This document shows, in pieces, positions 38,226 through 47,316 of a stretch of DNA of 64,000 nt (positions are counted from its first letter, which is position 1; each line of letters opens with the position of its first letter). Both the position numbers and the translations under genes were made by a program. The stretch is from the NCBI GenBank assembly GCA_049515535.1, contig JBEKTZ010000006.1:62001-126000 (forward strand), written 5' to 3'. Origin of the DNA: Candidatus Aminicenantales bacterium. Its GTDB lineage: Bacteria > Acidobacteriota > Aminicenantia > Aminicenantales > UBA4085. The notes under the pieces were generated by a model that did not search any database, was not told where the DNA came from, and was given only the letters and a program-made list of their open reading frames with translations.

Positions 38226-39434
38226 ATGAGTGAAAAACCGATCAAAGTCTATCCCTATCGCTGGCTGGTCCTTCTCGCCTTCGCTCTTGTGGCATGCATG
38301 ACGCAGGTGCTCTGGATAACGTTCGCCCCGATCACCAGCGCCGCGGCGCAGTTCTATCACAAGTCGGACTTGACGATCGGACTCCTGTCCATGAGCTTCA
38401 TGGTCATATATGTTCTCATCGTCCTGCCTTCGGCCTGGGTGATCGACACCTTGGGTTTCCGGGCCGCGGTCGGTATCGGCGCCGTCCTATCGGCCGTCTT
38501 TGCTCTGACGCGCGGCATATTTGCGTCGAATTTTAAAATCGTATTCCTCTCCCAGATCGGTATCGCCGTCGGCCAGCCTTTTGTGATCGGCGCCATCACC
38601 AAGGTCGCGGCGCGCTGGTTTCCGGTCAAGGAGCGAGCTCTTGCCTCCGGACTGGGTTCTCTGGCGCTTTATCTCGGCCCTCTGGCGGCGATGCTCATCA
38701 CCCCATTTTTAGCCCTCCGCTTTGGCCTTGGTCCTATGCTCGTGACCTATGGCATCGCCGCGGCTGCCGCGGCGGTCATTTTCCTCCTCGTAGCCCGCGA
38801 GCATCCGCCCACACCGGCCGGCCGGGATGAGCGGGTCTTGATGTTCGTCGGCCTTAAATCCATGCTTCGCCAGCGTGACTTTATCTTCCTTCTCCTGATG
38901 TTCTTTGTCGGGCTGGGCATGTTCAACAGCGTCTCGACTTGGATCGAAGACATCGTCCGGCCGCGGGGTTTTACGATTTCTCAGGCCGGAATGCTCGGCG
39001 GGCTGATGCTCATCGGCGGCATTGTCGGCGCGATCATCATCCCGCTCCTTTCCGACCGGTCCCGCCGCCGGAAGCCGTTCATCCTCATGGCCATGATCGG
39101 ATTGATTCCCGGACTCCTGGGCATGACCTATGCGACGAGCTACTGGCTGTTGCTGCTATCGGGTTTCGTTTTCGGTTTTTTCCTGCTGAGCGCCGGACCT
39201 ATCGGTTTCCAGTACGCAGCTGAGATCACTCACCCGGCTCCGGAAGGCACATCCAATAGCTTGCTGTTGGTGATGGGCCAGATATCGGGAATCGTCTTCA
39301 TCTTTCTTATGGACGCGCTCAAGGTCCCGTCAACCGGAGCCATGACGACTTCGCTCCTCGCCCTGGCCCTTCTCGCGGTCGTCAGCGTTATTCTCGCGAC
39401 GAGGCTCCGTGAATCGCCGGTGCATTCTCGGTGA
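38226..39434 (+). CDS. MFS transporter
   Basis: 12 TMs; YRW, WITFAPI, WFP..ER, LSDR..RRK, AEIT.PAPEG. Confidence 0.92.
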   Translation: MSEKPIKVYPYRWLVLLAFALVACMTQVLWITFAPITSAAAQFYHKSDLTIGLLSMSFMVIYVLIVLPSAWVIDTLGFRAAVGIGAVLSAVFALTRGIFASNFKIVFLSQIGIAVGQPFVIGAITKVAARWFPVKERALASGLGSLALYLGPLAAMLITPFLALRFGLGPMLVTYGIAAAAAAVIFLLVAREHPPTPAGRDERVLMFVGLKSMLRQRDFIFLLLMFFVGLGMFNSVSTWIEDIVRPRGFTISQAGMLGGLMLIGGIVGAIIIPLLSDRSRRRKPFILMAMIGLIPGLLGMTYATSYWLLLLSGFVFGFFLLSAGPIGFQYAAEITHPAPEGTSNSLLLVMGQISGIVFIFLMDALKVPSTGAMTTSLLALALLAVVSVILATRLRESPVHSR

Positions 39435-39472
39435 CAGTCAACGGAATCCTTAAATTCCGTGAATGTCAACGA

Positions 39473-39575
39473 GTCAAGGGACGAGCCTTCGGCTCGCCAC
39501 TCGCCCGTGGCTTATATCCACGGGGGAGTACGGCAGAAGTGGACCCCCGGGCAAAGCCCGGGGCCCCGGCCGCCG
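39473..39575 (+). repeat. Multi-hairpin dispersed repeat, copy 2
   Basis: Aligns with 16447-16586; lies between convergent genes. Confidence 0.8.
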
Positions 39576-39593
39576 CCGGTATGTATCGCCGGA

Positions 39594-40157
39594 TTATTTG
39601 ATCACCTGGTAATAGCTGGCGTATTTTTTCTGACGGGGGGTGGGTTTGAATCCATCCGGCTTATAGCCGAGCGTTACGGCGAAATAGACTTCACAGCCCT
39701 CGGGAATTCCCATTTTCTGATGGTTCTTCCCATCCAAGAAATAGAATTTGGCGAAGCCTATCCAGCACGAGCCGATATTGAAGCTCTCGGCCGCGATCAG
39801 CATATTTTGGATCGCGGCGCAGACATCGGCCAGCGGAGTCACCGCGTCTTTTCGCGCGGCGACGATCACGGCGGTCGGAGCATTGTAAAAGATATTATAG
39901 TTTTCATTTTTTCCGGCGTTGACGATCCAATCGATGCCGGTTTTCTGCATGACCCGTTTGCTTCCATCGCTGATTTCCTTGAGGATGTCCCTGTTTTGGA
40001 CCACCGAGAAATACCAGGGTTGATCTCCGTGTCCGCTGGGAGCCGCCAGCCCCGCCTCGAGGATGGCGAAGAGCTCGGCGTCCTTGATTTGTTCAGGTCC
40101 GAACTGACGGAGACTCCGCCGGTTGTGGATGGCTTTTAATACGTCATTCATTGTCAT
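39594..40157 (-). CDS. Nitroreductase family protein
   Basis: RRS.R.F, APS...QPW, AP, GSCWIG, LGY. Confidence 0.92.
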   Translation of the reverse strand: MTMNDVLKAIHNRRSLRQFGPEQIKDAELFAILEAGLAAPSGHGDQPWYFSVVQNRDILKEISDGSKRVMQKTGIDWIVNAGKNENYNIFYNAPTAVIVAARKDAVTPLADVCAAIQNMLIAAESFNIGSCWIGFAKFYFLDGKNHQKMGIPEGCEVYFAVTLGYKPDGFKPTPRQKKYASYYQVIK

Positions 40158-40544
40158 TCTCCAAATGATGAAAATTCAGGCGCCACTATAACATTCGCTC
40201 AAAGCCGCGGTCAACGTTCCGGTAGCCCCGGAGCGGATAATCTGATTTATGAGGCAAACATTCCTTGACAATCTTAATGCCTTCGTCGTATTTATTCACA
40301 TATTTGATGGGAATATTTGGCCTGAACCATTGTCTTTATCAAAGAAGGTACTTCTCGCATTTTTATATGGACGGGCCGGAATATTGGCCCGTTTTTTGCT
40401 GTGGATTTGGACAAAGGGAATGAAACCGTATCTTCGCGCCTTTCGCCAAATTGGGCTATAAAGCAACGATACTTTATATATCGGCGTTTTTATGATTGAA
40501 TATCCTGCGTATCGATCGGGGGATCGCGAAGGGAGCAAATTGAG

Positions 40545-41843
40545 ATGATCATTCCCAAAAAAATCCTGAACTTTGTTCTGGTTTTTCTCATTCTTGCCGC
40601 CGGCGTCTACTTCATCGGCGTCAAAAAAGTGTTTCAACCTAAGCATAATCAACAGGCTGGAGAATCGGCCGCGCTATCTGGAGCTTCTGGCAAAGGCGCG
40701 CCCACGGCCGCGGCGAATCCCGCTTCCGGGGCGCCCGATCAGAAAGTCGAAGCGACGCCTCTTCCGGTCAAGGTCGCCGTCGCCCATAAAGCCGATCTTG
40801 TCATGACTCTCAAATCGCCGGGCGAAGCTTTTACGGAGCGGAAGATTACCCTCAAGGCCGAGGTTTCCGGAGAAGTAAAAAACCTTTACGCGGCCGAAGG
40901 AAAACACTTCAGGGAGGACGATCTGATTATGGCCCTTGACGATCTGAAATACCGTCTCAACCTCGAGAAGCTCGAAGCGTCGCGATTGAAAAGTTTGTCC
41001 GAAATGTTCCTCGAAAGGCAATATGCCGCTTCCGAGCAGGCGGCCGTCCCGGCGGGCGCGCTGGAAAAGCTCAAAACGGCCCTGGCCGCTTTCGAAAAGG
41101 CCGCATCCGTTTTTGAGAAAGGCGAAATCTCCCGCGATCAATACGAAAAAGTCCGCAATGATTATGAAATGGCCTTGATCGAGTCGGGTCGGAGAAAAGA
41201 CGACATCATGGCCACCTCCAAGAACCTGACCCAGACCGATATCGACATCAAACTCGCCCGGATGGATCTCGATAAAACCCTTGTCCGCGCGCCGTTCGGC
41301 GGAGTCGTGACCGACATCAAAATTTCGCCGCGGGAACACATTGACGCCGGCCGGGAGCTGTTCACCCTGGTGGACCTCGGCCGGATCAAGGTCAAGGCTA
41401 AGGTCCTCGAAAGCGAGATCGGCAAGATGAAGACAGGCCGGGAGGTGGACCTCCGGTTCAGCGCTTATCCGGGCAAGGTCTTCAAAGGGACGGTCGAGGC
41501 GATCAGCCCCATCGTCAATTCCGACGATAAGACATGCTCGGTTTTCATCACTATGAGCAATCCGAACGAAGAGATAAAGCCCGGCATGCATGCTGAAGTC
41601 GAGATCGCCGCGGAAATCTACAACAATAGGCTTCTCGTGCCGCAGGATGCCGTGCTCGTTCGCGGCGGCCGCAAGCTCGTTTTTGTCATCGAGGGCGACC
41701 TGGCCAAGTGGCGTTATGTCGGGATCGGCCTCGAGAACGAACGCTACGCGGAGATCCTGGACGGCGTCAAGGAAGGCGAGCAGGTCATCATCGAAGGCCA
41801 TTTCACGTTGGCCCACGACGCCCGGGTTTCGGTCGTCAAATAA
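40545..41843 (+). CDS. RND efflux periplasmic adaptor (membrane fusion protein)
   Basis: N-terminal TM, lipoyl halves (EVSG.V, VRAPFGGVV), helical hairpin, KPGM, VP..AV. Confidence 0.92.
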   Translation: MIIPKKILNFVLVFLILAAGVYFIGVKKVFQPKHNQQAGESAALSGASGKGAPTAAANPASGAPDQKVEATPLPVKVAVAHKADLVMTLKSPGEAFTERKITLKAEVSGEVKNLYAAEGKHFREDDLIMALDDLKYRLNLEKLEASRLKSLSEMFLERQYAASEQAAVPAGALEKLKTALAAFEKAASVFEKGEISRDQYEKVRNDYEMALIESGRRKDDIMATSKNLTQTDIDIKLARMDLDKTLVRAPFGGVVTDIKISPREHIDAGRELFTLVDLGRIKVKAKVLESEIGKMKTGREVDLRFSAYPGKVFKGTVEAISPIVNSDDKTCSVFITMSNPNEEIKPGMHAEVEIAAEIYNNRLLVPQDAVLVRGGRKLVFVIEGDLAKWRYVGIGLENERYAEILDGVKEGEQVIIEGHFTLAHDARVSVVK

Positions 41844-41871
41844 CCCGTCCCAGTCCATGTCGAAGGGGGAT

Positions 41872-43449
41872 ATGATGTTCAAAAGACAAAAATCCATAAG
41901 CGCGTTCCTTCTGGTTTCGTTTATTGCCTGGTCGCTCGTCCTCGCCCAGGAACGCGGCTCCGGCAAGCCGTCCCAGGCGATGACCCTTCGGGAATGCATC
42001 GCCGCCGCTCTGGCCAATAATCTGGACCTCTCGATTGCGGCGTATGATCCGGCCATGAGCGAAGAGTCGATCTCGGCCACGATGGAACAATATCTTCCTC
42101 AGTTCAGTCTCAGTTATAACAAATACGACCAGACCCAGCCGGGAAGCTGGGGAGTCGAAGGGCAGAGCATCCGGACCAAGAACGATAATTATTCGCTCAC
42201 CCTAAGCGAAAAAATCGTCACGGGCACAATCGCCTCGCTTTCCTTTTCGAACGGCATGACCGATACATCGCGGGCATATTCCCTTGTGAATCCCGCCTAC
42301 AATAGCGAATTCAGGTTCAATTTGACGCAGCCGCTGCTCAAAGGATTCGGGCCCAAGGTCAACCGGATCGCCACGCTCCAGGCCGAAAACCTGAGAGACA
42401 TTTCGGTTTCGACCCTTAAATCCACGTTGCTTCAGATGATATTCGATATCGAGAACGCTTACTGGAACCTGTATTCGGCGATCGAAAACATGAAGGTTCA
42501 GGAAGGCTCACTCGAGGAAAGCCGGACGCTCCTCAAAAAAAACCGGGAGGCTGTCCGAATCGGAACGAAGTCGGCGTTCGATATCCTGGGTTCGGAGGCC
42601 GAGGTCGCCCAGTATGAAGACGCCCTCGTCTCGGCGCGGCTCACGGTCGAACAAGGCGAGGCCTTGCTGAAGAAGCTCCTGAATCTGCCCGCGGATTCGC
42701 CGGTATCGGGCCGGACGCTGATTCCCGCGGATACGCCCATGATCGAAAAGAAAGATCTCGCTTACGACGAGGCGTTACGCATCGCCCTGGATCAGCGCCC
42801 GGAAATGACCCAGTCCGCGAAAGAGATAGAAAATTACGGATATAGTATCAGCTCCTATCGGAACGAGCTTCTTCCGCGGCTCGACTTGACGTTTTCGGCC
42901 TGGAGTCCCGGCCAATCCGGCGTTCTGTACGTCTATGATAACAACAATTCCATCACCGGTACCCTCATCAATAAAATCCAAGGCAGCCGGACGGACGCCC
43001 TTAAGCAGGCCTTTAAAATGACTTATAAAAATTGGTCGCTTCGGCTGGATTTCAATCTTCCCCTGGCCAATATTTTCACACGATCGAGCCTGGCCAAGGC
43101 CAAAATGGAGCGCGACCAGGCGCTGCTGAAATTGGAGCGGGAAAAGCAAAGCATCGCCTATGAAATCGCCGACGCGATCAAGACGCTGGAAAACGCCGCC
43201 CGGAGAATCGAATCGTCGAGGGTTTCGCGCGAGCTTCAGGAGAAACGCGTTGCGGCCGAAACGCAGAGATACCAGCTCGGCCTCGTCGGAAGCGAATGGC
43301 TGCTCAGCTATCAGCGGCAATTGACGGATGCCCGGACGAGCGAGATCCGGGCGTTGATCGATTATAAGCTCGCCGTGGCCAAGCTCGAGAAGGCCATGGG
43401 CACGACGCTTCAAACGATGGGCCTCAAGTTCCGGAACTTCGCGTTTTAA
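41872..43449 (+). CDS. TolC family outer membrane protein
   Basis: TL.ECI..AL.NN, LTQPLLKGFG, AL..RPE, LP.LD, LEKAMG. Confidence 0.9.
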   Translation: MMFKRQKSISAFLLVSFIAWSLVLAQERGSGKPSQAMTLRECIAAALANNLDLSIAAYDPAMSEESISATMEQYLPQFSLSYNKYDQTQPGSWGVEGQSIRTKNDNYSLTLSEKIVTGTIASLSFSNGMTDTSRAYSLVNPAYNSEFRFNLTQPLLKGFGPKVNRIATLQAENLRDISVSTLKSTLLQMIFDIENAYWNLYSAIENMKVQEGSLEESRTLLKKNREAVRIGTKSAFDILGSEAEVAQYEDALVSARLTVEQGEALLKKLLNLPADSPVSGRTLIPADTPMIEKKDLAYDEALRIALDQRPEMTQSAKEIENYGYSISSYRNELLPRLDLTFSAWSPGQSGVLYVYDNNNSITGTLINKIQGSRTDALKQAFKMTYKNWSLRLDFNLPLANIFTRSSLAKAKMERDQALLKLEREKQSIAYEIADAIKTLENAARRIESSRVSRELQEKRVAAETQRYQLGLVGSEWLLSYQRQLTDARTSEIRALIDYKLAVAKLEKAMGTTLQTMGLKFRNFAF

Positions 43450-43465
43450 ATAATAAGGGGGAAAG

Positions 43466-44566
43466 ATGATTAAAAAAATGATGGCGATCGGATCAGCGAT
43501 GTTCCTGTTATCCCTTCTTGCCCTTGCCCAGCAAATCATCGAAAACTCGGGCAAGCCGCTCTCAAAAAACGCCGGGCGAGTGATCGGGCTCAAAGAAGTC
43601 CTGAAAATAACCGATGAGAGCGGAGCGTTTTATTTTAAATATCCGAGAATTTCCGCGATCGGGCCTGACGGATCGATATTCGTCCAGGATAATGAGCAGA
43701 TCCTGCATTTCGACAAAGACGGAAAATTCGTCCGCAATTATTTCAAAAAAGGCCAGGGACCGGGGGAAATGACTAATGCCTTCGCTTTAATTCCGAATGC
43801 GCAAGGGCTTTGTATCGAAGCGTACGCTCCCGGAAAGCTCGTTTGGTTTGACGGGCAGGGGATGCTTGTCAAGGAGCGCCCGGTTCGCCCTGCGGGACGC
43901 TCGCTAATAATCCTGCAAGCGATCTTCAGCGATATGTATATTTTTTCGAGTTCTGAATTCCCCGCCGTCACGGGTGAGCCTCAGGTCCTCGATAATCCGT
44001 GCACGATTTTCTGCATGAAGGACGGCACGGAGGAACTGAAAAAGCTCCAGTCATTTCCCGTGAAGGCATGGGTCGTTACGTCCGGCGGTGGCGGGGGCAT
44101 GTCTTCTATGGCCCCGTTTTTCGCGGTTCCGTTGAAATCGGGCTTTTTGGTCATCGTCCATACATCGGAATATCTTATAAAAATCCTCGATGTCGCAGCC
44201 AATGAGGTCATTCGCGTATTCAATAGAAAATACGATCGCGTCGAAACTCCGCCGGCTAAACCCCAAGAAAAAGCCGGCACGGTGATGGTCAACAGTATGA
44301 CGCCTCCCCGGCAAAAATATTTGAACGATATCTCAAGGATTTTTGTCAAAAGTGACGCGATTTGGGCGGTGACTTCGACCAGAGATCCGAAAAAAGGCGT
44401 CATGATCGATGTTTTCAATGCCGCGGGCGCTTATACGGACAGCTTTTATTTGAATGTTCCTGCGGGAGTCCAGTTTTTCATTTTCGGCGATTTTTGCTAT
44501 ACGGCCGAGAAGAATGCGGACGAGACATATGCGATCAAGAAATACAAAATCGAATGGAAGGATTGA
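43466..44566 (+). CDS. Secreted 6-bladed beta-propeller (NHL-like) protein 1
   Basis: Signal peptide; DGSIFV, FDKDGKF, KGQGPGE, IDVF. Confidence 0.8.
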   Translation: MIKKMMAIGSAMFLLSLLALAQQIIENSGKPLSKNAGRVIGLKEVLKITDESGAFYFKYPRISAIGPDGSIFVQDNEQILHFDKDGKFVRNYFKKGQGPGEMTNAFALIPNAQGLCIEAYAPGKLVWFDGQGMLVKERPVRPAGRSLIILQAIFSDMYIFSSSEFPAVTGEPQVLDNPCTIFCMKDGTEELKKLQSFPVKAWVVTSGGGGGMSSMAPFFAVPLKSGFLVIVHTSEYLIKILDVAANEVIRVFNRKYDRVETPPAKPQEKAGTVMVNSMTPPRQKYLNDISRIFVKSDAIWAVTSTRDPKKGVMIDVFNAAGAYTDSFYLNVPAGVQFFIFGDFCYTAEKNADETYAIKKYKIEWKD

Positions 44567-44592
44567 AGATGCGCAATTCACGCGGAGAAGAG

Positions 44593-44676
44593 ATGACTAA
44601 AAAAGCGATCGCGATCAGCTCAGCTTTATTCCAGGCATCGATTTTTACCACTCCTCAGACGCTTTGGAGAGGATGA
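44593..44676 (+). pseudogene. Signal-peptide-only remnant of a propeller paralog
   Basis: MTKKAIAISSALF resembles MIKKMMAIGSAMF at 43466; GGAG RBS. Confidence 0.4.
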
Positions 44677-44695
44677 AATATACAAGGAGATCATC

Positions 44696-45841
44696 ATGAT
44701 AAAGAGAATTTCCGCGTGTGCAATCGTCGGGTGTTTTTTCATAGCCATAGGGTTGGCCGTGAGCGTTCTCCCATCTCAAACCTCCCCATGGAAGGGCAAA
44801 ATCGAAACCGTTGACGGAGTCAAAGTCATTCGAAACCCGAATGAGCCTCTTTACGGCAACCTGAAGCTCGATCTCGCGGCAGATCTCAAGATCGGCCGGG
44901 CGGACGACGAAAATTATCTTCTTGACCGCGTCCGGGACATCGAAGTGGACAAAGAGGGGAACATTTACGTCGTCGATTTACGGAATTTCCGTGTCCAGAA
45001 ATTCGATAAAAACGGGAAATATCTCCTGACCTTTGGCCGGAAAGGCCAGGGCCCCGGCGAGTTCGATTTGCCTATAAAGGTCCGGCTTGATGAAAGCACC
45101 GGGAATATCGCCGTCCAGGACCAGGTTTACACCATCGAATATTTCGCCTCGGACGGCAAGCCGCTCAAGTCGGTCCGGCTGGCCAACGCTTTTTTTGATT
45201 TTCGCATATCTCCGACTGGAACGGTCTTTGCGATCATCGGAACCGAATCCAACCTGAAAGTCATGCGCAGTCTCGGCAAGATCAACGGCCAAGGTCAAGT
45301 GGAAAAGATTTTCGCGGAATTTCCCTATAATCTTTATATCCAGAAAATGGGCGAAAGTACGATGTCCATCAGCACCGGTCATGAGCTTTCCCTCCTTTTC
45401 AACAGGCTCGGCGAAGAGTCGCTGATTTACGGATATTCGAGGAATTACGAACTTACGGTCGCGGATTTCGACGGAAACACGCGCTTCCGAATCGCCAAAG
45501 ACGAGCCTCTTCCCAGGTTTACCGACAAGGAAAAAAGTGAATTTAGAAAAATGCCGCTCCCCGAGGCAAAACCCTATTTTTATGCGTTGTTCGTCGATGA
45601 CCTAGGCCGGATCTATGTTCAGAGAAATCAGGCGGACTTCCACGTCAAAGACGATATCCAGAAAGAACTCGATGTCTTCAGCAAAGACGGATATTTCTTG
45701 TATCGGACGAAGCTCCCGAAGGATATGTACGTCATCCGCAGCGGATACGTTTATTGCTGCGAAGTCGGCGATGAGGAAATCATCAAGCGGTACAAGATCA
45801 AGAATTGGGATACGATGAAAGCGTCGGCCGAAGGGAGCTAA
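44696..45841 (+). CDS. Secreted 6-bladed beta-propeller protein 2
   Basis: VDKEGNIYV, FDKNGKY, GRKGQGPGEF, DDLGRIYV, DVFSKDG. Confidence 0.85.
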   Translation: MIKRISACAIVGCFFIAIGLAVSVLPSQTSPWKGKIETVDGVKVIRNPNEPLYGNLKLDLAADLKIGRADDENYLLDRVRDIEVDKEGNIYVVDLRNFRVQKFDKNGKYLLTFGRKGQGPGEFDLPIKVRLDESTGNIAVQDQVYTIEYFASDGKPLKSVRLANAFFDFRISPTGTVFAIIGTESNLKVMRSLGKINGQGQVEKIFAEFPYNLYIQKMGESTMSISTGHELSLLFNRLGEESLIYGYSRNYELTVADFDGNTRFRIAKDEPLPRFTDKEKSEFRKMPLPEAKPYFYALFVDDLGRIYVQRNQADFHVKDDIQKELDVFSKDGYFLYRTKLPKDMYVIRSGYVYCCEVGDEEIIKRYKIKNWDTMKASAEGS

Positions 45842-45855
45842 TTCAGCGAAAAAAA

Positions 45856-46098
45856 ATGAACGAGCGCATTAGAAGGGCATTTCCAATCATCGTTTTATCA
45901 TTCGTCCTATTGCCATTGATCCTTTTTTCCCAACAAATCATCGAGAATCCTGATAAGCCGCTCGCGAGGAATGCCGGCCGGATTCTCAAACTTCAGGAAG
46001 TCTGGAGAATCACGGACGAGGGAGGACGGTTCTATTTCAAAGCGCCAAGCAATCTTGAGGTTGCCAAGCGCTATTCCGCCGAGTGGCTCAAGAAATGA
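45856..46098 (+). pseudogene. N-terminal fragment of a propeller paralog
   Basis: QQIIENPDKPLARNAGRILKLQEVWRITDEGGRFYFK closely matches the N-terminus of 43466, then stops. Confidence 0.75.
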
Positions 46099-46119
46099 CG
46101 GATAAATCGTAGGGAAAGG

Positions 46120-47301
46120 ATGAAGCTCATGACCCGACCGACAGGTAATATCGCGGCCATTTTTGGGGCCATAGTTTTAACGGTTTGTCTTTATCCGGCG
46201 GCAAACGCCGACCGATCACTCGCGGAGATCTATAAGACCGGCAAGGTCCGTTTCGTCCCGGAAATGACCATTACGGACGCGGCCATGGGCGGGAAGGAAT
46301 TTTTCGGAATGGTCATGGATATCGCTTTGGACGATCAAGGCTTTATCTATGTCTGCGATTACAAAACCAATAACATCAAGAAATTCGATTCGTCCGGGAA
46401 ATTCCTCAGGACGATCGGCAAGGCGGGGCAAGGTCCCGGTGATTTCGACGGACCGAGCGAGCTCGAATTCTCGCATGGACGTTTGGTTGTCCGGGAGGGA
46501 ATGAATCGTCGCGTCTCCATTCTCCATTCCGACGGATCATTCATTAAATCCATTCCCATAGATTTTCAGAAAGGATCCTGGATGGCCATGCGAGCCCTGC
46601 CGGACGGCCGATTCATGGTCCAAAAAGAAAAAGTCGATTACAACGACTTGAACGCTCCCCAGGAACTGTATCTCGATCTCTATTCGGCCGAGTTGGATTA
46701 CATCAAGACGATTTATCACAGACAGGTCCGGAGCAATAAATATATCCGAGAACCGTACTATTCAAATGTCCCCATTCCGTTTGCGCCCATGGTCTATTGG
46801 GATGTCACGGCGGACGGAAAAATCGCCGTCGGATACTCGGATCATCTCGAGATCGAGATCTACGATCCGGACAAGGGAAAGATTTCCGGCTTCACCCATT
46901 CCTCCAAGGCGGTCGAGGTGACGTCTCAAGATCAAGAGCAATTCTTCGCGAACATGAGCAGCTCCGTTCGAACGGGTTCGAACGTGGTCATGCGGCGCGG
47001 GGCGCCCGAGTGGATCGTGAAAAACACCGAATTTCCAAAATATTTTTCCGCTTTTCGCGACGTGAAAGTCGATGGACAAGGAAACATTTGGGTCGTCCCG
47101 TGGACGTCCGCTTCTCAAAAAGCCGCGCCGGATTTTGACGCATTCACTCCGGACGGCAAATTCCTGGGCCGTGTCCAAATTGACGATGAAAAATTCATGC
47201 CTTATCGACCGTTTTGGCTGCCGAACGGATTTTGGTCCGCGAAAACCAGCGCGGACGGTGAATATCAGGTCGTGAAATATAAAATCACTGGTCTGAATTA
47301 A
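46120..47301 (+). CDS. Secreted 6-bladed beta-propeller protein 3
   Basis: DDQGFIYV, FDSSGKF, GKAGQGPGDF, DGQGNIWV. Confidence 0.85.
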   Translation: MKLMTRPTGNIAAIFGAIVLTVCLYPAANADRSLAEIYKTGKVRFVPEMTITDAAMGGKEFFGMVMDIALDDQGFIYVCDYKTNNIKKFDSSGKFLRTIGKAGQGPGDFDGPSELEFSHGRLVVREGMNRRVSILHSDGSFIKSIPIDFQKGSWMAMRALPDGRFMVQKEKVDYNDLNAPQELYLDLYSAELDYIKTIYHRQVRSNKYIREPYYSNVPIPFAPMVYWDVTADGKIAVGYSDHLEIEIYDPDKGKISGFTHSSKAVEVTSQDQEQFFANMSSSVRTGSNVVMRRGAPEWIVKNTEFPKYFSAFRDVKVDGQGNIWVVPWTSASQKAAPDFDAFTPDGKFLGRVQIDDEKFMPYRPFWLPNGFWSAKTSADGEYQVVKYKITGLN

Positions 47302-47316
47302 CCTGAAGAGGCGGCC

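Noticed and set aside
40249..40461. Precursor peptide for the RND-propeller system
   Set aside because: There is no clear RBS or leader motif, and the region looks like AT-rich promoter DNA.
41590..41871. N-terminal extension of TolC in the ORF track
   Set aside because: It overlaps the MFP gene. The RBS and signal peptide point to a start at 41872 or 41875.
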